DNA of 64,000 nt from an uncultured virus (IMG/VR IMGVR_UViG_3300020463_001507) (lineage: Duplodnaviria > Heunggongvirae > Uroviricota > Caudoviricetes): the IMG/VR virus record IMGVR_UViG_3300020463_001507; one strand, written 5' to 3'. How positions within the stretch are numbered: position 1 is the stretch's first letter; the number at the start of each line of letters is the position of its first letter. Below the pieces are notes generated by a model. That model did not search any database. It was not told where the DNA came from and saw nothing but the letters and a program-made list of their open reading frames with translations. Made by a program: the position numbers and the translations under genes. Positions 1 to 8,702 of this stretch are shown piece after piece.

Positions 1-84
1 TAGTACTTGGCTAATATTATCTCCAGCCCAGTATCTAATACCTGATTTTTTTAATTTTTCTACAATTTCTTCACTTTTAGTCAA
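1..84 (-). CDS. folE: GTP cyclohydrolase I, N-terminal 28 codons (runs off the window edge)
   Basis: Not in the ORF track. Manual translation from TTG at 84 gives MTKSEEIVEKLKKSGIRYWAGDNISQVL, with SD-like GGAGA upstream. RYWAGDNIS resembles the N-terminus of phage FolE proteins as I recall them, and the QueD/TGT context fits. Confidence 0.7.
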   Translation of the reverse strand, partial: MTKSEEIVEKLKKSGIRYWAGDNISQVL

Positions 85-141
85 TGTTTCTCTCCGATGT
101 TAAGGCAGTGGATTGCCATATACAATGCATAATTTTAATTT

Positions 142-170
142 ATTATACATTGTATTTAGGTTTTTGTCAA
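142..170 (-). promoter_or_regulatory. sigma70-type promoter upstream of folE
   Basis: TTGACA-17 nt-TATAAT on the minus strand; the spacer contains TAAATA. Confidence 0.85.
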
Positions 171-187
171 GTATTTTACTCAATACA

Positions 188-406
188 TTAAAAATATTTT
201 TCCAATACTTCTAATTGATCGTGATATTCTGATATCACTTTCAATTCTTTTTCAACTGCATCTAACACGTCAGGGTGTTCCCCAACTCCACAGCCGTTTT
301 TAAGATAGATTTCAACGTTCATTGCATGTTTTGCAATGTGGCCTCTAGCATGTTCTTTCATTGCTTTAAGCATATTGTCTCTATCATATTGTCCTTGACT
401 AGCCAT
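188..406 (-). CDS. conserved phage hypothetical protein
   Basis: 72-aa ORF with GGAGG SD and a GVGEHPD motif. Confidence 0.75.
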   Translation of the reverse strand: MASQGQYDRDNMLKAMKEHARGHIAKHAMNVEIYLKNGCGVGEHPDVLDAVEKELKVISEYHDQLEVLEKYF

Positions 407-423
407 AATTTACCTCCTGTATA

Positions 424-822
424 CTAAAAATCAAATCGTTCTTGTTGTGCAACGTGTTCATAATATTCTTTTGTTGCGTCTGGCACTTTACTATAATTAC
501 CTTTTTCAGGGATAACATGCCTAACTCCTCCTCTAGGATCATCCATATCCCCTTTGCGTCGAGGAATAAGATGCACATGTGGATACATCACAGTTTGGCC
601 AGCTGCTTCTCCAACATTCTGACCAATATTAAATGCATCACAATATCCACGGTCTACCCAATCATAGCCCCATCTATATGCGGCTTTGAAACAAGTTACC
701 ATTGATTTCCAATTATCTTCTTTGGGCACAAAAAGAACATGTCCTTCTGTAACCGGATAGCCATCTTTGTATACAGTATAGTCTTTAGTATCAATTAAAA
801 CGTTTGTCCATGGTTTAACCAT
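424..822 (-). CDS. HIT-family nucleotide hydrolase
   Basis: YPVTEGHVLFVP and FNIGQNVGEAAGQTVMYPHVHLIPR; the first His of the triad is replaced by Tyr. Confidence 0.9.
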   Translation of the reverse strand: MVKPWTNVLIDTKDYTVYKDGYPVTEGHVLFVPKEDNWKSMVTCFKAAYRWGYDWVDRGYCDAFNIGQNVGEAAGQTVMYPHVHLIPRRKGDMDDPRGGVRHVIPEKGNYSKVPDATKEYYEHVAQQERFDF

Positions 823-997
823 TTTTTATTTCCTGTTCAAGTTTTGCTATTGTCCGTCTTTTTTTAAAAATTTGTTCTTTTACTGGTTGCATATGTTGAA
901 ACTTTGAATTTTTTTCTTGCATCTTTTTTAAAGTTTCTATATCTTCTACAACACTTTTTTCGAGTGCTTTAATATAATTTTTCTTGTCTTTATTCAT
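815..997 (-). CDS. hypothetical coiled-coil protein
   Basis: 60-aa ORF overlapping both neighbours. Confidence 0.6.
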   Translation of the reverse strand: MNKDKKNYIKALEKSVVEDIETLKKMQEKNSKFQHMQPVKEQIFKKRRTIAKLEQEIKNG

Positions 998-1547
998 TAT
1001 ACTGACCTACATTTTCCCAGGGATATACTAACCAAACATCTTTTTCATTTTTGTTAATATTATGACAGCAATAATTTACACACATTTCAAATTTAGATGC
1101 AAGATTATCTGTAAGTACTGCAAACTTAACATTTTTGCCCCAAACTGTATTCCATGGACCTTCTTCATTAGGAAAATATGATTGTTGCCAATCATTTACT
1201 ATCCAATTAAATGTTGCACCTGTATCATTTATATCATCAACTATCAAAATATTCTTTCTAAGTGCAGGATCCCATCTCGAACCTTTTACCTTATCACCTG
1301 TGTTACTACCAAAAGCATCTGCAGACATCCAAGTATTGGACTCTAATTTGCTATCATCTCGCAAACTAACTTTTAGTGTTTCACAAGGAACATTTAACAT
1401 GTTACTTATAATTGTGGCTGGAACATTGCCTCCTCTTGTGATCCCTACAATGTAATCAGGTAGCCATCTTTCTTTATACATCTGATTTGTTATTGTTAAA
1501 CACATATTTTCTATGTCGTTCCAAGAATAAAAATGTTTGTTTGTCAT
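990..1547 (-). CDS. type I phosphoribosyltransferase (purine/Gpt-like)
   Basis: GITRGG, PRPP-binding ILIVDDINDTGAT, C-terminal WLVYPWE. Confidence 0.9.
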   Translation of the reverse strand: MTNKHFYSWNDIENMCLTITNQMYKERWLPDYIVGITRGGNVPATIISNMLNVPCETLKVSLRDDSKLESNTWMSADAFGSNTGDKVKGSRWDPALRKNILIVDDINDTGATFNWIVNDWQQSYFPNEEGPWNTVWGKNVKFAVLTDNLASKFEMCVNYCCHNINKNEKDVWLVYPWENVGQYNE

Positions 1548-1969
1548 CTTGTGTCCTTACTTACTCTCCATTTAAAATACTTTTCATTTTGCATCCATTT
1601 ACCATTTACAATAAATCCCCAGTCTCTCCGCTTAGGCCCTGGAATAAAAAGTGTCCATGCACTTATTCCTTTTTCTAATTCTACTCTATGCAAACTTTTA
1701 GGTGTAGCAAATCTAAAGCTACCTGGACCACGCCAAAATCTACCTTTTGGTGTTACTTCCCAATATCCGCCTTTGAGTATAATTGTAAGATATGGCCATG
1801 GATGATCATGTAATTCATCTGGATCACTTTGCAAAAACTTATGTAGAAATATATTAAAAGGAAACCATCTTCTTTCTTTTAAAAACAAGTAATAACGAAT
1901 CAGATAAGGTTTTTGTCCGACACGGTCAAGTATTACTCTTTTACGATTTTTAAAAAAACTAGATAACAT
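1544..1969 (-). CDS. cupin-fold phage protein
   Basis: LHDHPWPY...GGYWE and a downstream HRVEL give cupin-type metal motifs. Confidence 0.75.
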   Translation of the reverse strand: MLSSFFKNRKRVILDRVGQKPYLIRYYLFLKERRWFPFNIFLHKFLQSDPDELHDHPWPYLTIILKGGYWEVTPKGRFWRGPGSFRFATPKSLHRVELEKGISAWTLFIPGPKRRDWGFIVNGKWMQNEKYFKWRVSKDTR

Positions 1970-2297
1970 CTTTTTGTTTACCCACCCAATCTTGTCTAAC
2001 TAGATCATAGACATGTTTAAATTTTTCATATACATTTTTTAAACCTGGATACTCCTCACACATTTGTTCTATTTCCTCGAAGTCTAAAATATCTAACTCT
2101 TTGTCAGTTCCCAAGTCATATGTAAATGTAGGACAAAAAGTAGAAGGTGCATAACCTAGACTTGCTGAGCCGCTATTAATATCATTAAAACTATTTGTTA
2201 AATTTATAGTATATTCGCTACCAGTGTCGTTAATACCATATTCGTCCGAAGCCATAGTATAGTCAATATTGGTTATTGTGATTTTATCATCCCCCAT
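1959..2297 (-). CDS. hypothetical protein
   Basis: 112-aa ORF with an S/T-rich N-terminus and a C-terminal YPGLKNVYEKFK helix. Confidence 0.7.
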   Translation of the reverse strand: MGDDKITITNIDYTMASDEYGINDTGSEYTINLTNSFNDINSGSASLGYAPSTFCPTFTYDLGTDKELDILDFEEIEQMCEEYPGLKNVYEKFKHVYDLVRQDWVGKQKDVI

Positions 2298-3348
2298 TCT
2301 TAATCTCCTTGTATAAATTTGTGCCTGAAAAGTATTGTTTTTTTAGTTTATCAACTTGTTTTACTAACTTAGGAAGATAGTTTTCATAATTTTCCATATA
2401 ATCTGTAATTTTTTCAATTACTTTGTCTTTGTTATTTTGATATGTATTGTAAGACTCAGTCCACTCACTTGGATATTTAAATGCATCTAAAGACATTTCT
2501 TTGTAACTAAGCCTGTCAGGAACCATAGGCAATGCTCCTACTAATGCTCCTTCATACCAGCTTATACCTAAAGTTTCTTGTAAGTTAGCACTAAACACAA
2601 GTTTTGCTTGTCCTAGTAAATTATGATATTCGTTTTTGCTTAATTCTTGATCTTGACAAACTATAAATTCATATTGCGGTAGTTTGTCTTTTAAATCGCG
2701 GAATATATCAGGTTGTTTTTCAGGAGCAATTCTATGGGGAAATAAAATCAAATCTTTTTTAGGCATTCCTTTGTATTGCTCTAAAGAAGTTGCAAGATAC
2801 TCCATTGGCCAGCCAACTATTTTGCTTTTAGGAAAAAAGTCTAAACCTTCGTCCATAAAAACATCTTCAAACATATCTCTATGAAATTCAGTTGCAAAAA
2901 AGTTATCATCATAACATTCATACATACTAGCTTCAGCTTTTCTAACCCAAGGTTTATCACCAATGAGTCTACCTAAAAAATCCTGCGGATCATAACTACC
3001 TGCATGCCACATACCACCAACGCGAATGTTAACACCCAATAATTCTGCCATATACCGTAGTTGAATAACTGTAGGATTCCAGGCATCGGTGTAGAGAAAA
3101 TAATCACCATCTTTAATAAGTCCATCACAAAAATATTTACCAATTTGTTCTAATTGCTTAGACTTGTAAACGTTAGTGCCACCAAAGTTGAGAAATGCCC
3201 CAGGCGTAGTAGCCTGAGGCGTCTCTCCCCCACTTACAACAACAACTTCGTTATTTGTAGATCGTTTCAGTTGCTTGGGTAAATGGGTCTTCCATTGTTT
3301 TGTGTACCTAGTGTCAACTGCTTCAATGTCTACAATATAAGTTGTCAT
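2287..3348 (-). CDS. GT-B (GT4-like) glycosyltransferase, GTDC1/QTMAN-like
   Basis: LFPHRIAPEKQP and the E-x7-E motif ETLGISWYE followed by GALPMVPDRLSYKE. Confidence 0.85.
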   Translation of the reverse strand: MTTYIVDIEAVDTRYTKQWKTHLPKQLKRSTNNEVVVVSGGETPQATTPGAFLNFGGTNVYKSKQLEQIGKYFCDGLIKDGDYFLYTDAWNPTVIQLRYMAELLGVNIRVGGMWHAGSYDPQDFLGRLIGDKPWVRKAEASMYECYDDNFFATEFHRDMFEDVFMDEGLDFFPKSKIVGWPMEYLATSLEQYKGMPKKDLILFPHRIAPEKQPDIFRDLKDKLPQYEFIVCQDQELSKNEYHNLLGQAKLVFSANLQETLGISWYEGALVGALPMVPDRLSYKEMSLDAFKYPSEWTESYNTYQNNKDKVIEKITDYMENYENYLPKLVKQVDKLKKQYFSGTNLYKEIKNGG

Positions 3349-3554
3349 TAATGTTTGGTCCTTTTCATAATTTTCTTTTTATTTTTATTTTTCATCCAAT
3401 GTTGCCATCTTTTATAAGATTGCCAAACCGACGAGTCGTCATTGTAAAGAAATTTTTCATTGTATATTTTTCCTTCAAAACGACAATACTCTCTAAACTT
3501 CTCCAAATCGTTAAATACTTTATTGTATGCTTCACGATTGAATTCGATAGTCAT
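3348..3554 (-). CDS. hypothetical protein
   Basis: 68-aa ORF with DLEKFREYCRFEG, coupled to the glycosyltransferase gene. Confidence 0.7.
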   Translation of the reverse strand: MTIEFNREAYNKVFNDLEKFREYCRFEGKIYNEKFLYNDDSSVWQSYKRWQHWMKNKNKKKIMKRTKH

Positions 3555-3565
3555 TTTTCTAATCC

Positions 3566-4054
3566 TTAACTTGTTTTAGGGTAATAAATTTGACAGCCAT
3601 TTTCTCCATCTTCGGAGACTTCAATTTCAACAAAGCGGCCAGGATACTTTGAAGAAACTTTTTCATAAAGTTCATCTGCAATCATTTCACACGACTTATG
3701 ATCTAAAACGAGCACCTCATCAGTCTTGCCATTACTGTAAAGTCTCTCACACCAACGTTTAAATTGTATAAACTCAATCTCTCTGTCATCATGGTACACC
3801 TCAATCCGCACCCTGAAGTGGAAAATATGACGATGAGGATAACCAAGGAACGATACATCGTCCCAATCGCCCGTTGCAAGTTTTGGGTCATTCTCTGCTC
3901 CTGGGTATTTGTGGATACCTTCTTTCTTAAAGGTTACCCAAATACTTCTTTCAGCGTTATTTAACGTCATAGTGTCTCTTTCCTCTCTTAAGCGACGACC
4001 CATATAATCCCAATATGGCTCATGCTCATAGTTGCTTGTTTGTATTGTATCCAT
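3566..4054 (-). CDS. queD: QueD / 6-pyruvoyl-tetrahydropterin synthase-like T-fold protein
   Basis: EGIHKYP, HRHIFHF, SCEMIA and VSEDGEN follow the T-fold His/Glu pattern. The start may be downstream (ATG at 3970 has a GAGG SD). Confidence 0.7.
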   Translation of the reverse strand: MDTIQTSNYEHEPYWDYMGRRLREERDTMTLNNAERSIWVTFKKEGIHKYPGAENDPKLATGDWDDVSFLGYPHRHIFHFRVRIEVYHDDREIEFIQFKRWCERLYSNGKTDEVLVLDHKSCEMIADELYEKVSSKYPGRFVEIEVSEDGENGCQIYYPKTS

Positions 4055-4081
4055 TGTACACTCACTCTAATATTTTGTCAA
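4053..4081 (-). promoter_or_regulatory. sigma70-type promoter upstream of the QueD-like gene
   Basis: TTGACA-17 nt-TACAAT. Confidence 0.7.
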
Positions 4082-4580
4082 GGCCATATTTGCCCCAATC
4101 GGTAAACTTTTCTCTGTCCATTAAGTCATGTAAACTATGGCACCAAACACCAGGATTACTAGCATCAAAGTCTTTGTCGTCAATTTTTATCATTGTATTG
4201 TAATTCCAAAGTTTTATATAAGGCAAAGGAATACGTATTTGTGGAATAAAATTATCATATTCAATTAACTCACTATCATGGAATGTCTCTGCATTAGATA
4301 ATGGAATATCCAATGAACATATTTTATCAATTTCAAGAAATGCCTTAATCATATTTTCCCACTTGTCCCACTGGATATGATCGTCAGCTTTAAAACTGTG
4401 GTTAGCACCAAAAAAGATATGCTCGCAATTTTCACTTTCATACCAATTTTGAATATCTACACAAGGTTGTACTCCTACAACAAATAAAGTTTTTAATCCA
4501 AATGCAGGAGTTTTTTCAACTTCTTTACCTGTAAAGAATATTGCTTCGTCATTTGTTTTATTTTGATAGTCACGTTTCAT
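4062..4580 (-). CDS. hypothetical protein within the deazaguanine locus
   Basis: 172-aa ORF with GKEVEKTPAFG, HIFFGANHSF and NPGVWCH; lacks the radical-SAM CxxxCxxC motif. Confidence 0.75.
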   Translation of the reverse strand: MKRDYQNKTNDEAIFFTGKEVEKTPAFGLKTLFVVGVQPCVDIQNWYESENCEHIFFGANHSFKADDHIQWDKWENMIKAFLEIDKICSLDIPLSNAETFHDSELIEYDNFIPQIRIPLPYIKLWNYNTMIKIDDKDFDASNPGVWCHSLHDLMDREKFTDWGKYGLDKILE

Positions 4581-4774
4581 TTTAACACCATATGTACTAA
4601 CTTTTGGTTAAGTCTATGTATTTCATCTTTATACCAAAGTTTCAAAGTTTTCATTCTGCTTAGTTCTTCTGTAATGTTAGTATTATTATAGCAACTTTCT
4701 ATATATTTGTCAAGCTCTCTATGTTTATTTTCTAACACTTTTATATGATTTTTTATGCTATCAATTCTGCTCAT
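4577..4774 (-). CDS. DUF465/YdcH-like small helical protein
   Basis: LENKHRELDKYI...MKTLKLWYKDEI pattern. Confidence 0.75.
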   Translation of the reverse strand: MSRIDSIKNHIKVLENKHRELDKYIESCYNNTNITEELSRMKTLKLWYKDEIHRLNQKLVHMVLK

Positions 4775-6287
4775 CCACTAGGCTCTCTAATTTTGTTTCA
4801 TCAAGTTCTTCTGTGTCTTCTTCTGTAATCTGAGAATTATCAACTTCAAACAAGGAATCAAAGTAGGTACCTGCATTTACTGTCTTTTTACCTACTGCAC
4901 CTCTAGTGCCTGGAATTTCCATCCAAAATTTTGTAAATTCTTCAATAATTGCATTTGCCTCATCTTTGCTAGACGTCATAAAGATAGCTTCTACAATATC
5001 TTTAAAATAAACTCTGTCAAACTTTTCTTGAACTAGCATTTTAGGAATTATACCTGCATCATATTGTCTATTAGCTTCTTGTACTGCGTTAATATGGCTC
5101 CATACATTATGACCCATTTGTATTGCATAACTAAAACTATCCCACGATGTTTTTCCTTCTTTACCTATCTTATTTAGGTCACCTGGACCGTAAATACAGA
5201 CATCTTTTGCTTGTAAATTTTGTGTAAGAGGAGAATCTTTAAAACTAGTATGCTTTCCTTCACGTACAAATGCAGTACCAAACGGAGTTGTATCTTTTGC
5301 TAGTGACTTATTATCTATGCTAGGAACCATTCGATAAACCCATTTTGATCTATCATTGGTTTCTAGTTCACAATAAATTTGTCCGTTGGCAGTTGCTAAG
5401 AAAGGACTTGCACAATCAAAAGTAATCATAAAGTTTTCGTTATGATATTTTCTAACTGCTCTTTGAATATCTGTTAATAATGTAGCCCATTCCAATTTAG
5501 ATGTACCTAAGAAATGCATTACATCATGTATACCTTTTTCTAATAGTCCGTCGAATCTTAGGGCAACTAAACGTTTTAGCACTAAATGTACATCACACAT
5601 ATTTTGTCCACCCATCGACCATCCATTAAAATGATCTGTGTATTTTTTAGGATCACAATAGTCTTTCATTTGCTGATACCAGTCTTCTGCATCAGCATGA
5701 TTTTCTCCTTGTAACACATTTAAGAATTTACAATTACCGTTTCTATTCTTCATAAAGTAATCATTGTTTATTCTTGTTGCATTAACTGCATCTTGATAAT
5801 TATCAATACCTGTCGCTTTTGCACCTGCTGGACTACGAGATACCCAGGCTGGAATATCAAGAATCATGCCATAGTCCATATAAGCATCCATCCATGCAAG
5901 AACTTGTTTACGTTTCTTTTGTGCCTTAGGGCAATTAGGATCTTTCCAATCACCTTCCCATACACCTTTACCTATCTGGAAACCACCTGAATCACCAAGT
6001 AACCAAGAGTTTTGTCTATCTCTGTTTCGCACCATATCTTCTTTAGGTGCGTCTTTATTGATATCTAATTCTGCATGACCAGCACTATACAAAGTCCAAT
6101 GATAGTTAAACATTCCGTCTTTTTTGTTTAACCAATTCATCGACTCCATGCCGTTAGCATATGGAATCCTTGCTGGATCTACATAATTGTCAAATCTTTG
6201 TTTACCTATATAAGTTGCATAGAATCCGCTTAATGCAGGCAAAAAATGTGCATAGTCGTTTTGTGCTAGTGTTAGATCTGTATTCAT
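4761..6287 (-). CDS. dpdA: tRNA-guanine transglycosylase-fold protein (DpdA-like DNA 7-deazaguanine transglycosylase)
   Basis: TGT motifs in order: GDSGGFQ, MILDIP, NVLQG, GWSMGG, HFLG, FDCASP. No CxCxxC Zn site. It neighbours folE and queD. Confidence 0.8.
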   Translation of the reverse strand: MNTDLTLAQNDYAHFLPALSGFYATYIGKQRFDNYVDPARIPYANGMESMNWLNKKDGMFNYHWTLYSAGHAELDINKDAPKEDMVRNRDRQNSWLLGDSGGFQIGKGVWEGDWKDPNCPKAQKKRKQVLAWMDAYMDYGMILDIPAWVSRSPAGAKATGIDNYQDAVNATRINNDYFMKNRNGNCKFLNVLQGENHADAEDWYQQMKDYCDPKKYTDHFNGWSMGGQNMCDVHLVLKRLVALRFDGLLEKGIHDVMHFLGTSKLEWATLLTDIQRAVRKYHNENFMITFDCASPFLATANGQIYCELETNDRSKWVYRMVPSIDNKSLAKDTTPFGTAFVREGKHTSFKDSPLTQNLQAKDVCIYGPGDLNKIGKEGKTSWDSFSYAIQMGHNVWSHINAVQEANRQYDAGIIPKMLVQEKFDRVYFKDIVEAIFMTSSKDEANAIIEEFTKFWMEIPGTRGAVGKKTVNAGTYFDSLFEVDNSQITEEDTEELDETKLESLVDEQN

Positions 6288-6493
6288 TCTTTAACCTTCA
6301 GGTTCGTTGGATTATACTGTTCTCCATTATATTGAGAACCTGTTTTATTAGGACCATCTTCAACACCGCTATTACAGCCAACAACCACTGCTAATAAGAT
6401 AAAAGCTGAATACAATGAAACACGTTTTGTCCAAAACATAAATGATTCAAATGTTCTTTCAGCTTCTAACTGTGCTGATTCTCTTGGAGTCAT
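6284..6493 (-). CDS. small membrane or lipoprotein-like protein
   Basis: Hydrophobic stretch ending VVVGC. Confidence 0.6.
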   Translation of the reverse strand: MTPRESAQLEAERTFESFMFWTKRVSLYSAFILLAVVVGCNSGVEDGPNKTGSQYNGEQYNPTNLKVKE

Positions 6494-6494
6494 T

Positions 6495-7238
6495 CTACTT
6501 GCTCTGTGCTGGTAGAATATAATCGTATTTTGCTAGTCCGCTGTCAACACTAATTTGCATAGCACCTTGATCACTTATGCTCATAGTTAATTCTCCATCC
6601 AGATTAAGGATTGATTGAACTTGTGCAACAGGCCAACTCCATGAATGACTTAAATTACCTTCGACTGCGTTTTGGAAGACAAAACTTCCTGCGTGTGTTG
6701 CTGAATCACCGAAACTAAAAATTAGGTCTGTAACTCCACCTGTATCTTCTGTTTTAACATTAAAAGTTGGTTCTTCAGAATGTGCCGCACTTTGTAGTTT
6801 CATTCTATTAATTGCGGCTATAGTTGGTTTAAAAGATACATTCCATTGAGCACCTTTAAATTTTACAGTTTTAAGTTTTTCCTCAATAATCTGCTTGTTC
6901 ATAAATCGATAATCATTTTGGAAGTCACCTGTAGAATTTTCAAAGTGAATGTGTGTTGGAATTTCTTCACCATTCCTATCTGCTTTTACAACTTCTAGTT
7001 TTGCATCTTTCTGATACTCAGGATTTTTTAAATGTAATGCTAACTTATCTAAATTAGGCATACCAAATGTGCCGTCAAATTCAGATACTTTGTTGTGTGT
7101 TTTAGATGATAAAATTACTGATCTATCTTCCGCCATTGAATCAATGTTGGTGTCATTATTGTCCGATGAAACTTTTACTAGATTCAAAAAACCTAGCGAA
7201 TGTGTATGCGATACTATGTCTTGTAAGATGTCTTTCAT
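6495..7238 (-). CDS. DNA polymerase sliding clamp (gp45/PCNA-like)
   Basis: 247 aa with the alpha/beta repeat pattern of clamps and a C-terminal YDYILPA. PolB and a clamp loader are in the same window. Confidence 0.7.
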   Translation of the reverse strand: MKDILQDIVSHTHSLGFLNLVKVSSDNNDTNIDSMAEDRSVILSSKTHNKVSEFDGTFGMPNLDKLALHLKNPEYQKDAKLEVVKADRNGEEIPTHIHFENSTGDFQNDYRFMNKQIIEEKLKTVKFKGAQWNVSFKPTIAAINRMKLQSAAHSEEPTFNVKTEDTGGVTDLIFSFGDSATHAGSFVFQNAVEGNLSHSWSWPVAQVQSILNLDGELTMSISDQGAMQISVDSGLAKYDYILPAQSK

Positions 7239-7260
7239 GCCTTATTCTCCATTTATATTG

Positions 7261-7986
7261 TTATATTATAGTGCCTAACTTCTTGCTTGTCAAGAACTTT
7301 TCTATGTTATATTTAGGTTTAAAGCCCAAATTCCGTAATGTTTGTATGTTTGCCTGAGTAATTAACCTTTCATGTGTAGTATTTAGACGTATAGGTATAT
7401 TAGGTGCAAGTTCTTGGACTTTAACACTTACACCAGTTCCAATATCTACAATTCCATTTAAGGTTTTGTCCATTAACAGTTCAATTGCATCACAAAGGTC
7501 ATCTATGTGAATAAAATCTCTTTTGTGATTAGTTACATATTCTAATTTACCATTAATTAGTTTGTCTAAAAACATGTCTTTTCTTGGCGTATCTGAATAA
7601 ACTGTATGAAATCTCATACCTAAACTATTAGGTGGTGCTATTTGTTCCATAATAAATTTAGAGGCTGCGTAAGGATTCAATGTAGGTTCATATGCACTAC
7701 TAGAACTTGCATATAAAATTTTTACTTTTTTGAACCGTTGAAATATTCTTCTTGTACCTTCAACATTTGTAGTCCAATAATCACCAGGATTATTTACACT
7801 TTCTCGCACTCCACTCTTACCAGCTAAATGTATTATTAAATCTAAATCTGTAAGCTCTAATGAACACTTAGTAATGTCATCACCTTTTTTAATATCTAAT
7901 CCTATAAGTTCATGACCTTTATGCCACAGTCTGTCAAAAAGAACTTTACCAATAAAGCCTTCATGGCCAGTCATTAATATTTTCAT
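7261..7986 (-). CDS. NAD-dependent nucleotide-sugar epimerase/dehydratase
   Basis: Probable start MKILMTGHEGFIG (ATG 7986, overlapping the upstream stop). Motifs HLAG, ASSSS, YAASK, RDFIHIDD. Confidence 0.9.
   Translation of the reverse strand: MKILMTGHEGFIGKVLFDRLWHKGHELIGLDIKKGDDITKCSLELTDLDLIIHLAGKSGVRESVNNPGDYWTTNVEGTRRIFQRFKKVKILYASSSSAYEPTLNPYAASKFIMEQIAPPNSLGMRFHTVYSDTPRKDMFLDKLINGKLEYVTNHKRDFIHIDDLCDAIELLMDKTLNGIVDIGTGVSVKVQELAPNIPIRLNTTHERLITQANIQTLRNLGFKPKYNIEKFLTSKKLGTII
7265..7293 (-). promoter_or_regulatory. sigma70-type promoter for the clamp/dpdA operon
   Basis: TTGACA-17 nt-TATAAT overlapping the epimerase 3' end; GGAG SD before ATG 7238. Confidence 0.85.
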
Positions 7987-8702
7987 GCGGCTATTTTTGC
8001 TTCTTGTAAGTAGCATAGAGTCTCTTTTGTTTGTTGCCATCCTGTAACAGGTCTCGCCCAATAAACTTTTAAAGATAATGTATAATCATTTCCGTCCTTA
8101 TCCATTCGATCACCTAAGAAATAAAGTTTATCTTCTCTATCAAAGTCTTTGACAATTTGAGATTTATCTTTACCTATTGGAAAAATATCTATTCCTGTTT
8201 CTCCACCAACTACTGCTTCTATGTCAGGAAAATATTTCTTAAATTCTTTTGCTATTCTAATACGTTCATTTGTATTCACATCATGTTTGACGTACAATTT
8301 TCTTTCGCCTAAAGTTGCATTTCTTCCAACCACACTAAAGTTTACCATACCAGGACGTTGTTCAATATGTAAGCCAGTTCTTAAACTAAATTCACTAATA
8401 CGACATTGCTCTCTTAACCATTTTTCTGCTTCATGCGGTAGTCGCCAATTGCTTGTGTATACATTAGTTTCACCTTCCCAAACATCACTGCCACTACAGT
8501 TGTAAACACGTTTAGATAAACTATATATTTCTTCGCCTACTTGTTCTACTGTTTTTTCTTTATCGCTTCCTGTTACAAGATATACATCATTAATTGTACA
8601 GAAGTTACTAAAGTAAACTGCAAAATCTGAATCTATTTGTTGTCTACTAGGTGTTAGTGTACCATCTACATCAAAAATAAATTTATTATGTTTTTTAGTC
8701 AC
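7983..8702 (-). CDS. eukaryote-type phosphomannomutase (HAD IIB, PMM/Sec53-like)
   Basis: FDVDGTLTPSR, VTGSD, IEQRPGMVNFS, GGETGIDIFP, FLGDRMDKDGND. GTG start at 8702 with AGGAG SD. Confidence 0.88.
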   Translation of the reverse strand: MTKKHNKFIFDVDGTLTPSRQQIDSDFAVYFSNFCTINDVYLVTGSDKEKTVEQVGEEIYSLSKRVYNCSGSDVWEGETNVYTSNWRLPHEAEKWLREQCRISEFSLRTGLHIEQRPGMVNFSVVGRNATLGERKLYVKHDVNTNERIRIAKEFKKYFPDIEAVVGGETGIDIFPIGKDKSQIVKDFDREDKLYFLGDRMDKDGNDYTLSLKVYWARPVTGWQQTKETLCYLQEAKIAA

